From contig JADZBN010000117.1 of the NCBI GenBank assembly GCA_020852075.1, positions 1 to 57,445 of the forward strand: a stretch of DNA of 57,445 nt. Reading direction: 5' to 3'. Shown here piece by piece: positions 7,801-16,377 of this stretch (positions are counted from its first letter, which is position 1; each line of letters begins with the position of its first letter). This DNA comes from Bacteroidia bacterium. GTDB taxonomy: Bacteria; Bacteroidota; Bacteroidia; AKYH767-A; 2013-40CM-41-45. A model generated the notes under the pieces. The model was not told the DNA's origin. It saw nothing but the letters and a program-made list of their open reading frames with translations, and did no database searches. The position numbers were made by a program, and so were the translations under genes.

Positions 7801-9989
7801 CGGCCGGCGGCTACCTGGTGCTTGCAGAGGACCTGGGAAAATTTTCCTCACGTTATCCTTCTGTCAATAATGTAATAGGGCCGCTTGGTTTCAGTCTGAA
7901 TAACGGAGGAGAAAGCATCAGGTTATTTGATTACAGTGAGAATCTTCTTATTACCATCAATTATCAGGACATAAGCCCATGGCCGGTGCAGGCTGATGGT
8001 GGCGGTTATACCTGTGAACTGTTGGACCCTCTTGGCGACCTTAATGACGGTAACAATTGGTTTGCCGGTTGTATGGGCGGCTCTCCCGGCACAGGGTACA
8101 CCAATATACTGGGAACCCCCGTTTCCGTATCCGGAAGTACCACATTCTGTACCGGCGGTTCTCTCACCCTGGACGCCACCTATGTTCCCGGATATACCTA
8201 TCAGTGGCTGGAGAGCGGAACGAATATTCCTGGAGAAACCAATTCATCAATTACCATTACACACGGCGGGGCGTATTCAGTCCGGGTGGATTATGCCGGT
8301 TGTTCAGCAATTTCTGATACAGTAAATGTTACTGTGGTAAACCAGGGGCCGGATCCTGTTGTTCAGGACACCTTCCGTTGCGGCCCGGGCACTGTAACGC
8401 TGTTTGCACAATCCACGGACAGTGTGTATTGGTTTGATGCACCCGGCGGCAACATCGTGGGGACGGGCAATACTTTTGTGACGCCCTCACTCAGCACCAC
8501 GACAACGTATTATGCACAGACATCGCTTTCCTGCCCCAGCAACGCCATTCCGGCAGTAGCAACGATTGATGACATTGCCGCAATACCCGTTTCCTCAGAT
8601 GTTACCCGTTGCGGACCCGGAGGTGTGACGCTGGTGGCAACCGATACCTCGGATACCAGGTGGTATAATGCACCAAGCGGCGGGGCACTGTTATACACGG
8701 GAGATGTATTATCCATTCCTTACATAGCCAACGATTCTGTTTTTTATGTGGAATCCGGAACGACGTGTCCAAGTCCAAGGCTTGAAATCAATGTTGTGGT
8801 AAATGCAGCGCCGGCGCCTGTCGGAATTGACGGGGATCGTTGCGGGAACGGAAGTGTTACCATTTCCGCTACTTCTGCGCTTCCCATCGCATGGTACACG
8901 GCCTTAACCGGGGGCTCACCATTAAGCAACAATGCCACTTTTACCACACCCGTTCTCACGGCTACAACTACCTTTTATGCGGAGGCAGTAGGTGTTTGTC
9001 CCAGTGTCAGGGTTCCTGTTCTGGCGATGGTCAACCCAATTCCATCTGTCCCCATTGTTTCCGATGTAAGCCGCTGTGATTCCGGTTCGGTTACTATTAA
9101 TGCCACATCACCAGAACAAATTTACTGGTATGATGCACCGGTTGGTGGGAACCTGCTTCAGACAGGAACCATATTTACATCGCCGTCTCTGACAACCACC
9201 ACAGTCTATTTTCTGGAAGCCGGATATTTATGCAGAAGTCCCCGGGTTTCCGTACAGGCAATAATTAATGCAACTCCGGAAGACCCTGTCGCAGTGGATG
9301 GTTATACCTGCGGACCGGGCATAGTTACACTGAGTGCCACATCTTCCGCACAAATTTACTGGTACGATGCGCCGGTATCGGGAAATCTGATGGGTACGGG
9401 TTCCACGTATATTACCCCTGTGCTGACTTCTGGCATTACCTATTATGTCCAGGCGGGCGATGATTGCCCGAGCAACAGGGTTCCGGTTCTTGCAAATGTA
9501 TTTAGCCAGCCCACGGTTTTTCTGGGGAATGATACTTCCTTCCAATCCGGAAGCTCCCTGACTCTAGATGCCGGTGGCGGATTCAGTTCCTATCAATGGT
9601 CCACCGGTGAAACCACACAGAGTATTGCAGTGAACTCTACTGCGACGTATTCTGTTACCGTTACGGATCCCAACGGCTGTACCGCCAGTGATGATATTGT
9701 GGTTACCGTATTCAACGGAACAGGCAACGGGGTTTTCAATACCGTCCTCTCTGTTTATCCTAATCCCGCCAGTGAGTTTGTACGCATCCTGATTCCTGCA
9801 GCAAAAGCCGGCAGGGGAATCCTTGAGTTGACGGACGAGAGCGGTCGGTTACTGTATTCAAAAATCATTTACCTGAATCCGGGAAGCAATGCGGAAAAAA
9901 TTAACCTCCGTGATTATTCTTCGGGAATATATACACTCAGGGTAAGGAGTGACGATTCCACCATCACTACCCGGCTTACGGTGGAATAA
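4821..9989 (+). CDS. Giant T9SS-secreted LTD / CotH kinase-like surface protein
   Basis: Order: signal peptide (MFSSKMQKTRLGLVLLVFLLF), then lamin-tail domains ('INEI...DDWIELYN...LSGYGLSDD', 'ISEFNY...GDWIELHN...'). Next is a CHB_HEX_C-like module, then the CotH core ('ILRNSGTDWN...RDAFMERLL', 'GDWTNNIKMW...YDLDFG'). Then five tandem Ig-like repeats and a type-A T9SS CTD ('LSVYPNPASEF...'). The ORF track starts at GTG 4740; ATG 4821 or 4836 fits the signal peptide. Confidence 0.9.
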   Translation: MFSSKMQKTRLGLVLLVFLLFIFPTESPAQVLINEICPSNVSVNTNFDGEYDDWIELYNAGASPVNLSGYGLSDDGNDKYKFVFPYYTLNAGERLLVFAADQNVNSIVDHWETAVSASTTWKYFAANNTAPDTNWRNISFNDGSWNSGSGGIGYGDNDDATQISTSYNSVMMRKTFFVSDTSEILKAIVNMDYDDGFVAYLNGTEIARANMGPPGARPLFNDLAPQSHEALMYQGMDPDSFFVDINLLKAALVQGMNVFAVEVHNTTTNSNDLSSIPFLSFGMKSPGMTYSATPSWFNAPPVEYFNADFKLSRSGESVYLTDNVGTIIDSYSYVDIDIDNSIGRSSDGAGTWCLFGTPTPGTSNSSSTCYNGYASSPMFSVAAGYYQNTQWLTLSTTAPGGVIRYTTNGDDPTSSSSSYSSPILLNSTKVIRAKVFASGYLPSPIITNSYFVNEDDHLPVFSISTDSDNLWDWNTGIYVMGPNAQSTSPYKGANFWQDWRKPACIEYYDKDKNRLLRFDAEIRIYGNYSRAKPQKSLEIMLSDRFGTGEINLPFWPEKPFINDFDNFILRNSGTDWNIVHYRDAFMERLLRTTHAGYLAAEPAVMYLNGEYWGVFTIHENHDHHWMEYNYGLKEDQIDYLKEDGSTISVKNGSDASFWDMYNYATTADPLSAGYYNYLKDFLDFDNYADYFIAETYYNNGDWIGDWTNNIKMWRPSEPGGKWRYLTYDLDFGCGYAGSVNDDRIAIARNPVAFSHSSEMFDAILNNPTFRTYFINRYADLINTIFKSSYAKSISDSYEDSMQYDMPNHFAKWGSNTSTWHSNINSMRSFLTSRPQKVRDQIQADFGLTNQVELEFETSPAGSGRILVNTIIPDSYSWEGTYFDGNPVTIRAIPNPGYTFNHWRSDHIINSNDHNITTTYNFNVDDEITAYFTGSPESPKITISEFNYHSDSSADAGDWIELHNYGTVDLDISNWKVRDENDYNQFELPVGTEIPAGGYLVLAEDLGKFSSRYPSVNNVIGPLGFSLNNGGESIRLFDYSENLLITINYQDISPWPVQADGGGYTCELLDPLGDLNDGNNWFAGCMGGSPGTGYTNILGTPVSVSGSTTFCTGGSLTLDATYVPGYTYQWLESGTNIPGETNSSITITHGGAYSVRVDYAGCSAISDTVNVTVVNQGPDPVVQDTFRCGPGTVTLFAQSTDSVYWFDAPGGNIVGTGNTFVTPSLSTTTTYYAQTSLSCPSNAIPAVATIDDIAAIPVSSDVTRCGPGGVTLVATDTSDTRWYNAPSGGALLYTGDVLSIPYIANDSVFYVESGTTCPSPRLEINVVVNAAPAPVGIDGDRCGNGSVTISATSALPIAWYTALTGGSPLSNNATFTTPVLTATTTFYAEAVGVCPSVRVPVLAMVNPIPSVPIVSDVSRCDSGSVTINATSPEQIYWYDAPVGGNLLQTGTIFTSPSLTTTTVYFLEAGYLCRSPRVSVQAIINATPEDPVAVDGYTCGPGIVTLSATSSAQIYWYDAPVSGNLMGTGSTYITPVLTSGITYYVQAGDDCPSNRVPVLANVFSQPTVFLGNDTSFQSGSSLTLDAGGGFSSYQWSTGETTQSIAVNSTATYSVTVTDPNGCTASDDIVVTVFNGTGNGVFNTVLSVYPNPASEFVRILIPAAKAGRGILELTDESGRLLYSKIIYLNPGSNAEKINLRDYSSGIYTLRVRSDDSTITTRLTVE
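8349..9512 (+). repeat. Five tandem 75-79-aa Ig-like (CHU_C-associated type) repeats inside the CotH protein gene
   Basis: Repeat starts at 8349, 8586, 8817, 9051 and 9285. Each has the pattern 'P(V/I)xxDxxRCGxGxVTLxAxS...(I/V)xW(Y/F)xAPxGG...TGxxFxTPxLxxTTxYYxxxxxxCPSxRxPV'. Confidence 0.85.
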
Positions 9990-10013
9990 ATCCTGACAGT
10001 TACCTGCCTGAAT

Positions 10014-10048
10014 ATCCTGCTTCCTGCTTTGGGAGGCAGGATTTTTTT
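10014..10048 (+). terminator. Rho-independent-type terminator after the CotH gene
   Basis: 11-bp stem (10014-10024 atcctgcttcc / 10032-10042 ggaggcaggat, one G.U), 7-nt loop, then a T7 run at 10042-10048. Lies 25 nt after the stop at 9989. Confidence 0.75.
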
Positions 10049-10159
10049 ATGGAATTTAGCAGTAAAATGCATCCGGGCATTTGCCTCCTGAACTGTTGGT
10101 ACTACAACGGGTTATTTAGAAATCAGGAATTCCGGATTCAATACGTATTCATTACAGCA

Positions 10160-13100
10160 ATGAAAAACCACACTCCCACCCAATCCGTCATTTCAGGTCG
10201 CAAAAAACCATCAGCGGCAGTTTTTCTCATCCTTCTTTTACTGTCCGTAACGGCATTATCTATTAGCTCTTTTGTTCAACCGCAACAGAGTGGGCCGGAA
10301 GACTACCGGACCCTGTGGGCAAAAACAGATTCCCTGGAGAAAAAAGGATTGAGAAAATCAGCCCTGGATGTAGTAATGCAGATATGTACAAGGGCAAAAC
10401 AGGATGGGGATATTCAGCAACTGATAAAGGGAATGATTTACCGGCTGAAATTTACCAGTTTCCTCAGCGAAGAAGCCTTTACGGAGAATCTGAATCAGAT
10501 TGACAACGAAATCAGCCAGGCCACATTTCCCGAAAACGCCATTCTGCAATCCATTCGTTCCGATTTACTTTGGAATTATTACACGCAGAACAGGTATGAA
10601 ATACTAAACAGGTCAGTAATCAGTGGATCTGCATCAGGAACAAATCCTCTGTTATGGGACGCGCGCCGTTTTGTAAATGAATGCACTCAAAGTTACAGTC
10701 AGTCGCTCCACGATGCGGCATTGTTGAAAAAAATTCCGCTTGAACAATTTGATGAAATCCTGTTGAAAGGGAACAATGCGGAGTCACGGAAATTACGGCC
10801 TACCCTGTATGATTTTCTTGCACACAGAGCGTTGGATTTTTATAAAGATGAAGAACCGGGATTGACGCAGCCTGCGAAACAATTTCAACTCAACAGTGCA
10901 TTTTACCTGAATACAGCAGACATGTTTCTGAACTTCATCCTCACAACCCCCGATACCGGCAATTTTCATTTTAAGGCGATACGTCTTTTCCAGGACCTGA
11001 CAGCATTTCATTACAGGGATTCTCATCCCGGTGCACTTATTGACCTTGAGCTTGAAAGACTGAAATTTGTTCTCGAGAACTCCATAGTGGCAACAAAAGA
11101 TTCCCTGTACAAGGTTGCGCTGCAATCCATAGCTTCAAAATATTCCGATTATCCGGGAAGCACGGAAGCTTTATATGCCCTTGCATTGCGGAACAGGCAG
11201 GAAGGCGAAGAGTACTCACCGTTTGACCACCCGGTTAACCGCTGGAAGAATGCAGACGCATTAAAAGATTGCAATCTCGCAATCTCCGGATTTCCGTATT
11301 CCTACGGTGCCAGCATGTGCAGGGTATTGAAAAAAGAAATTGAATCAGAAGCAATCCATCTTGTTTGTGAGGAGACAAATCTCCCAAACCAACCATTAAG
11401 AGCAAGATTGCAATATAAAAATGTTTCACAGGTATTTTTCAGGCTGTACCGGGCAGTTGACCCGGACCTTGAATTATCCACTGACAGGGAATTGTTTACC
11501 CGGAACCTGCTGAAACAGGAACCATTGAGGGCCTGGAATGTGGTCCTGCAGGCCGACTCGGATTACCAGTTTCATGCTGTTGAGATTCCGCTGAACAAAT
11601 GCCCCTCCGGGTTCTTTGTCCTGATCTGTTCCACAACAGAAAAATTTTCTCCGGATCATTCACCGGTTGCAAGCACAGATTTTTCGGTAAGCAACATGGC
11701 CTTGCTGTTCAGGACGCTTTCAGGCGGAGACATGGCTTTTTATGTTACCGACCGCAAAACCGGAAGTCCATTGAGAGGCGTTACAGCAGAATTGATCACA
11801 AAAGAATTTGATTATTCCAGGAGAACCTATACGGGAAAGAAGGAAGCAGAATACCTCAGTGACAACGAGGGCCGGTTTCTCGTCAGTCGTGCAGGAGGAG
11901 GTTATAGGAATTTTTTTCTGAGACTTACCTGTAAAGGGGATACATTAGAATCAATGTCTCCATTTTTCCAGAGCAGGGGGAATCCAGAAACTGAAACTGT
12001 TGAAGCACACAGTTATTTTTTTACGGACAGGAGTATTTACAGACCCGGGCAGATCATTTATTTCAAAGGAATTCTTCTGAATACACGGGCCGGACAGTCA
12101 GAGATCGTTGCAGGAAGAAAATCGGGAGTAAAGTTGTATGACGTGAATAATAATATGGTTGCTGAGTTGCAACTTGTTTCCAATGCATTCGGAACCATCA
12201 ACGGTTCATTCACCGCACCACAGGGGACACTTTCAGGAATTATGAGAATCGCAGATGAAAACGGAAGTACCACTATCCGGGTGGAAGAATACAAAAGACC
12301 CAAATTTCAGGTTCAAATACAGGCTCCGGCCGGGAATTATAAAGCCGGATCAGCGGTTTCATTTTATGGCAGTGCCACATCTTTTTCCGGACAGCCTGTT
12401 GCCGGAGCCGAAGTCAGGGTAAGAGCAGAAAGAACCGTTTCATTTCCGGTCTGGGGAACCTGGCGAATACCGTATTACAGGGGTGCCGGCCCCCAACAAA
12501 TATATAATGATGTATTTCATACCAATGATACAGGCGGGTTTTCGTTCACCATGAACCTGATGCCTGATCCTTTAGCAGAAATTAAGGAACATCCTGTTTT
12601 TAATTATGTAATTTATGCAGAGGTTATTGATCAGAATGGGGAATCCCATACTGAAACCCGTACCATAAATGCGGGATACGACCCATATACACTGAATATC
12701 CCTGTTCCGGACAATGTTAACCTAAAAACAACAACCGTAATTCCGGTGATTTCAGAAAATTATGCAGGACAGAAAACACGCAGTACGGGAACTGTTACCA
12801 TCAGGGAAATCACCGAACCGCAACGGTTGCTTCGAAAACGGTTATGGGCAAGGTGCGACAGACATTTGTATTCAGAAAAGGAGTACGTGGATTTGTTTCC
12901 TTCGGACGTATATGATAACGAAGACGATTTTCTGTTTCGCCCCACGGGCAAGGCGGTCTATACAGGGAATTTCGATACGGGGAAAGACTCCTTGTTAGAT
13001 ATTTCCCACATTGGCTGGCGTCCGGGGCATTATCTGATTTCAGCAACATCCATTTCCAGTGGGGGTGATACGATCCTTTTCAGCAAGGTCATTACTGTAT

Positions 13101-16100
13101 TTAATTCAGAATCATCCGTTGTTCCGACGAATACCGTTGATTTTTTCAGTATTATCAGTGACAATGTACTTCCCGGAAACAGTGACGAAATTCTTATCGG
13201 TTCGTCGGCAACGATCCGCGTATTGTATGAAATCGAAAAAAAAGGAAAGATCACAGGGAGTAAATGGCTTGATATAAATAAGGGTAACCGGAAAATTGAA
13301 ATTCCCGTTACCGACGAGGACAGGGGTAATTTTACCGTGCATTTTTCATTCGTTTATGATAGCAGGATATACACACATTCAGCATTACTTCACGTGCCCT
13401 GGACCAATAAAGAACTTCAGGTACAGTATGAAGTATTCAGAGACAAGTTGGTGCCGGGAACTAAGGAGCATTTCCGGCTCAGGCTTACGGATGATAAAAA
13501 CCGGCCCGTAAAAGCAGAAGTTCTTGCGGGAATGTACGATGCATCGTTGGATATGTTCGCTGAACACAACTGGAAACTTCCAGCCTTTTTTGAATACGGA
13601 AAAAGTCCTGGAATCCAGTCGCGGTCTTTTGGAACCCGGGGCAGCTTCCTATTGCCGGGGAATCGTCAGGGCGAAGACAAGATGCCGGAACCACGCACCT
13701 ATGACCAGTTGAACTGGTTCGGATTCAGGTTTTCAAATCGCATGTATAAATACGCAGTTTCAGAAGGAGCTGTTCCGGTTGCCATGGATGGGACAACTGA
13801 TGCAGAGGCGGCATTCACTTCAGAGGTGAGTGATATGGCAGGGGAAAAACCGGGTGAGAATTTGCAAAAAGAACCTGTGTCCGCCATTGAAAAAGCGCCG
13901 ACTCAGGTCAGGACCAATCTGAAGGAAACAGCATTTTTCTATCCCGCCCTGACAACCGATGACTCGGGATTTGTATCTATAGATTTTACATCCCCCGAAG
14001 CCATTACCGGCTGGAGGCTGATGATAATGGCACATACACAATCCCTGCAGTATGTGATATCCGGAAAGAATCTTGCCACTTCGAAGCCGCTTATGCTGGT
14101 TCCCAATCCTCCGCGTTTTGTAACGGCAGGGGACACATTGATGTTACCTGTAAAGATTGTGCGCAGTGAAAGTGCCATTCGCGACGGCATGATCCGGCTG
14201 GAATTTTTTGATGGTATAAATGGTGCGGCATGTGATGAAAAGGTGCACAATGCAAATCCTGAAAAACGATTCCGGATTGACCAGGGCAACAGTACCACGG
14301 TTTTCTGGGAAATTATTGTTCCGGCTGATATACCATTACTCCGATTCAGAGTAACGGCCGGCTCGGGAAATTTTACAGACGGAGAAGAGCAAAACCTTCC
14401 TGTCTTGCCTGGACGGCTGCTTGTGACCGAAACATTACCGATTTGGGCGAATGGCCCCGGGGTAAAGGAATTTCAATTTGATGCGTTTAAAAAACATTCA
14501 GGAAATCTGACGGGAAGCAATAGCTATACGCTCGAGTATTCCGTCAACCCGGTCTGGTATGCAGTTCAGGCATTACCATATCTGATGGAAGCTTCTTACG
14601 ATTGCATGGAGCAGGTATTTTCAAGGTATTATTCCAACGCTATAGCATACCACATAGCGCAAAGCCAGCCGGAAATTCAAAATGTATTTGAAAGCTGGAA
14701 AAGTACCGGGGGAAATGCATTCATGAGTAATCTTGAGAAAAATCAGGATCTGAAATCCGTTATGCTGGAGGAAACACCCTGGGTCATTGATGCACGCGAT
14801 GAGAAGTCACGAAAAGAACGGCTTGGAATATTGTTTGACCGGAATCACATGGAGCAGGAAATGGGAGCAGCACTTGAGCGGCTGACCTCTGCGCAGACCG
14901 TAAACGGTGGCTGGCCGTGGTTTCCCGGTATGCCGGAGGACAGGTTTATTACTCAATATATTATCGAAGGATTTGGACATCTGGAAAAGATGCAGGTGAT
15001 TCCTGTTCAACGCAGGCAGCAGGTTCAGACTATGGTTGAAAAGGGCATGCAGTTTCTAGATGCAGAAGCCGCCAGGGAGTATTCCCAAATCATCAACTCT
15101 CCGCAGGGGAAGCAGGGGGGTATTTCACATGCTGCTTTACATTACCTGTATTGCAGGAGCTATTTTCCTGAAATTAACTTACCCGGTTCCTACCTTGAAG
15201 CCTACAATTATTTTCAGAAACAGGCTTCTGAGAACTGGACCGGCAATGATTTTTTCAATCAGGGAATGGCGGCAATGATTCTTTTCAGATCGGGAAACAA
15301 AACCGTTTCTTCCGACATTATACAATCCCTCAGGGAGCATGCACAACATGATCCGGAGAAGGGAATGTACTGGAAAACCGACCCGGGAGGCTGGAGGTGG
15401 TGGGAAATGCCGGTTGAAACCCAGGCTCTCCTTGTGGAATGCTTTTACGAAATAACAGGCAATACTCCGGAGATCCGTGATATGCTGACCTGGCTGCTTC
15501 GCCAGAAGCAAACCACAAACTGGAAATCCACCAAAGCAACGGCCGAGGCCTGTTATGCGTTACTTATTGCAGGAAAGAACTGGCTTGGTGCCCGCCCGGA
15601 GGCGGAGATAAAGATCGGAGGGAAGGTAGTTGACATAAACGCGGCTGATTCTGAACCAGGCACAGGATATTTCCGGGAAAACTGGACACCTGCAGAAATC
15701 ACTGCGGACATGTCTGAGATTAAGATCATTACAAGGGGCACGAACGCACCACCTGCATGGGGCGGGGTTTACTGGCAACATTTTGAGGACGCAGAAAATA
15801 TCGCGGAAAATCAGGGAGACCTGTCTGTACGGAAAAAGTATTTTATTGAGAAAATTTCGGATACTGGTCCCGTTATAACACCGCTGGAGAAGGGAAATTC
15901 ACTGAAACCGGGCGATCGGGTCCGTGTTCAGCTCGAAATAACCTGCGACCGGGACTTTGAATATGTACACCTGAAAGATTTGCGTGCAGCGGGACTTGAG
16001 CCCGCAGGTGATGTATCGGGTTACAGGTTCTCAGGGGGCCTGGGTTATTATCAAAGCACGAGAGACGCTTCGGAGAATTTTTTCCTTTCGTACCTCACCA

Positions 16101-16240
16101 AAGGCACACATTTGATTGAATATTCTATGAAAATCTACCAGGCGGGATCCTTTTCTGCAGGTCCGGCAAGCATTCAGTGCATGTATGCGCCGGCATTTTC
16201 TTCGCACAGTGAAGGAACGAAACTGTATATCTCGGATTGA
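10160..16240 (+). CDS. Alpha-2-macroglobulin family protein (bacterial A2M, thioester-containing)
   Basis: MG-domain hallmark 'FFTDRSIYRPGQIIYFKG'. Thioester motif 'YDCMEQ' with Cys codon at 14603-14605. Alpha/alpha-toroid TED-like region ('NGGWPWF'). C-terminal bacterial-A2M MG10-like end ('LKPGDRVRVQLEI...YVHLKDLRAAGLEP...YYQSTRDA'). Start set at ATG 10160 (MKNHTPT...GRKKPSAAVFLILLLLSV signal); the ORF track starts at 10049. Confidence 0.9.
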   Translation: MKNHTPTQSVISGRKKPSAAVFLILLLLSVTALSISSFVQPQQSGPEDYRTLWAKTDSLEKKGLRKSALDVVMQICTRAKQDGDIQQLIKGMIYRLKFTSFLSEEAFTENLNQIDNEISQATFPENAILQSIRSDLLWNYYTQNRYEILNRSVISGSASGTNPLLWDARRFVNECTQSYSQSLHDAALLKKIPLEQFDEILLKGNNAESRKLRPTLYDFLAHRALDFYKDEEPGLTQPAKQFQLNSAFYLNTADMFLNFILTTPDTGNFHFKAIRLFQDLTAFHYRDSHPGALIDLELERLKFVLENSIVATKDSLYKVALQSIASKYSDYPGSTEALYALALRNRQEGEEYSPFDHPVNRWKNADALKDCNLAISGFPYSYGASMCRVLKKEIESEAIHLVCEETNLPNQPLRARLQYKNVSQVFFRLYRAVDPDLELSTDRELFTRNLLKQEPLRAWNVVLQADSDYQFHAVEIPLNKCPSGFFVLICSTTEKFSPDHSPVASTDFSVSNMALLFRTLSGGDMAFYVTDRKTGSPLRGVTAELITKEFDYSRRTYTGKKEAEYLSDNEGRFLVSRAGGGYRNFFLRLTCKGDTLESMSPFFQSRGNPETETVEAHSYFFTDRSIYRPGQIIYFKGILLNTRAGQSEIVAGRKSGVKLYDVNNNMVAELQLVSNAFGTINGSFTAPQGTLSGIMRIADENGSTTIRVEEYKRPKFQVQIQAPAGNYKAGSAVSFYGSATSFSGQPVAGAEVRVRAERTVSFPVWGTWRIPYYRGAGPQQIYNDVFHTNDTGGFSFTMNLMPDPLAEIKEHPVFNYVIYAEVIDQNGESHTETRTINAGYDPYTLNIPVPDNVNLKTTTVIPVISENYAGQKTRSTGTVTIREITEPQRLLRKRLWARCDRHLYSEKEYVDLFPSDVYDNEDDFLFRPTGKAVYTGNFDTGKDSLLDISHIGWRPGHYLISATSISSGGDTILFSKVITVFNSESSVVPTNTVDFFSIISDNVLPGNSDEILIGSSATIRVLYEIEKKGKITGSKWLDINKGNRKIEIPVTDEDRGNFTVHFSFVYDSRIYTHSALLHVPWTNKELQVQYEVFRDKLVPGTKEHFRLRLTDDKNRPVKAEVLAGMYDASLDMFAEHNWKLPAFFEYGKSPGIQSRSFGTRGSFLLPGNRQGEDKMPEPRTYDQLNWFGFRFSNRMYKYAVSEGAVPVAMDGTTDAEAAFTSEVSDMAGEKPGENLQKEPVSAIEKAPTQVRTNLKETAFFYPALTTDDSGFVSIDFTSPEAITGWRLMIMAHTQSLQYVISGKNLATSKPLMLVPNPPRFVTAGDTLMLPVKIVRSESAIRDGMIRLEFFDGINGAACDEKVHNANPEKRFRIDQGNSTTVFWEIIVPADIPLLRFRVTAGSGNFTDGEEQNLPVLPGRLLVTETLPIWANGPGVKEFQFDAFKKHSGNLTGSNSYTLEYSVNPVWYAVQALPYLMEASYDCMEQVFSRYYSNAIAYHIAQSQPEIQNVFESWKSTGGNAFMSNLEKNQDLKSVMLEETPWVIDARDEKSRKERLGILFDRNHMEQEMGAALERLTSAQTVNGGWPWFPGMPEDRFITQYIIEGFGHLEKMQVIPVQRRQQVQTMVEKGMQFLDAEAAREYSQIINSPQGKQGGISHAALHYLYCRSYFPEINLPGSYLEAYNYFQKQASENWTGNDFFNQGMAAMILFRSGNKTVSSDIIQSLREHAQHDPEKGMYWKTDPGGWRWWEMPVETQALLVECFYEITGNTPEIRDMLTWLLRQKQTTNWKSTKATAEACYALLIAGKNWLGARPEAEIKIGGKVVDINAADSEPGTGYFRENWTPAEITADMSEIKIITRGTNAPPAWGGVYWQHFEDAENIAENQGDLSVRKKYFIEKISDTGPVITPLEKGNSLKPGDRVRVQLEITCDRDFEYVHLKDLRAAGLEPAGDVSGYRFSGGLGYYQSTRDASENFFLSYLTKGTHLIEYSMKIYQAGSFSAGPASIQCMYAPAFSSHSEGTKLYISD

Positions 16241-16377
16241 TGCGGAAAAAACAAAGCACAATCGGCGATATTTTGTAGCATATATGAAATTAAGGAAATC
16301 CGCGGAAACATTGGGATTTCTGGAGTCTTTTTGATAACTTGCTTGTCCTATATTTTGAAATAAAAGGAGCATGTGTC

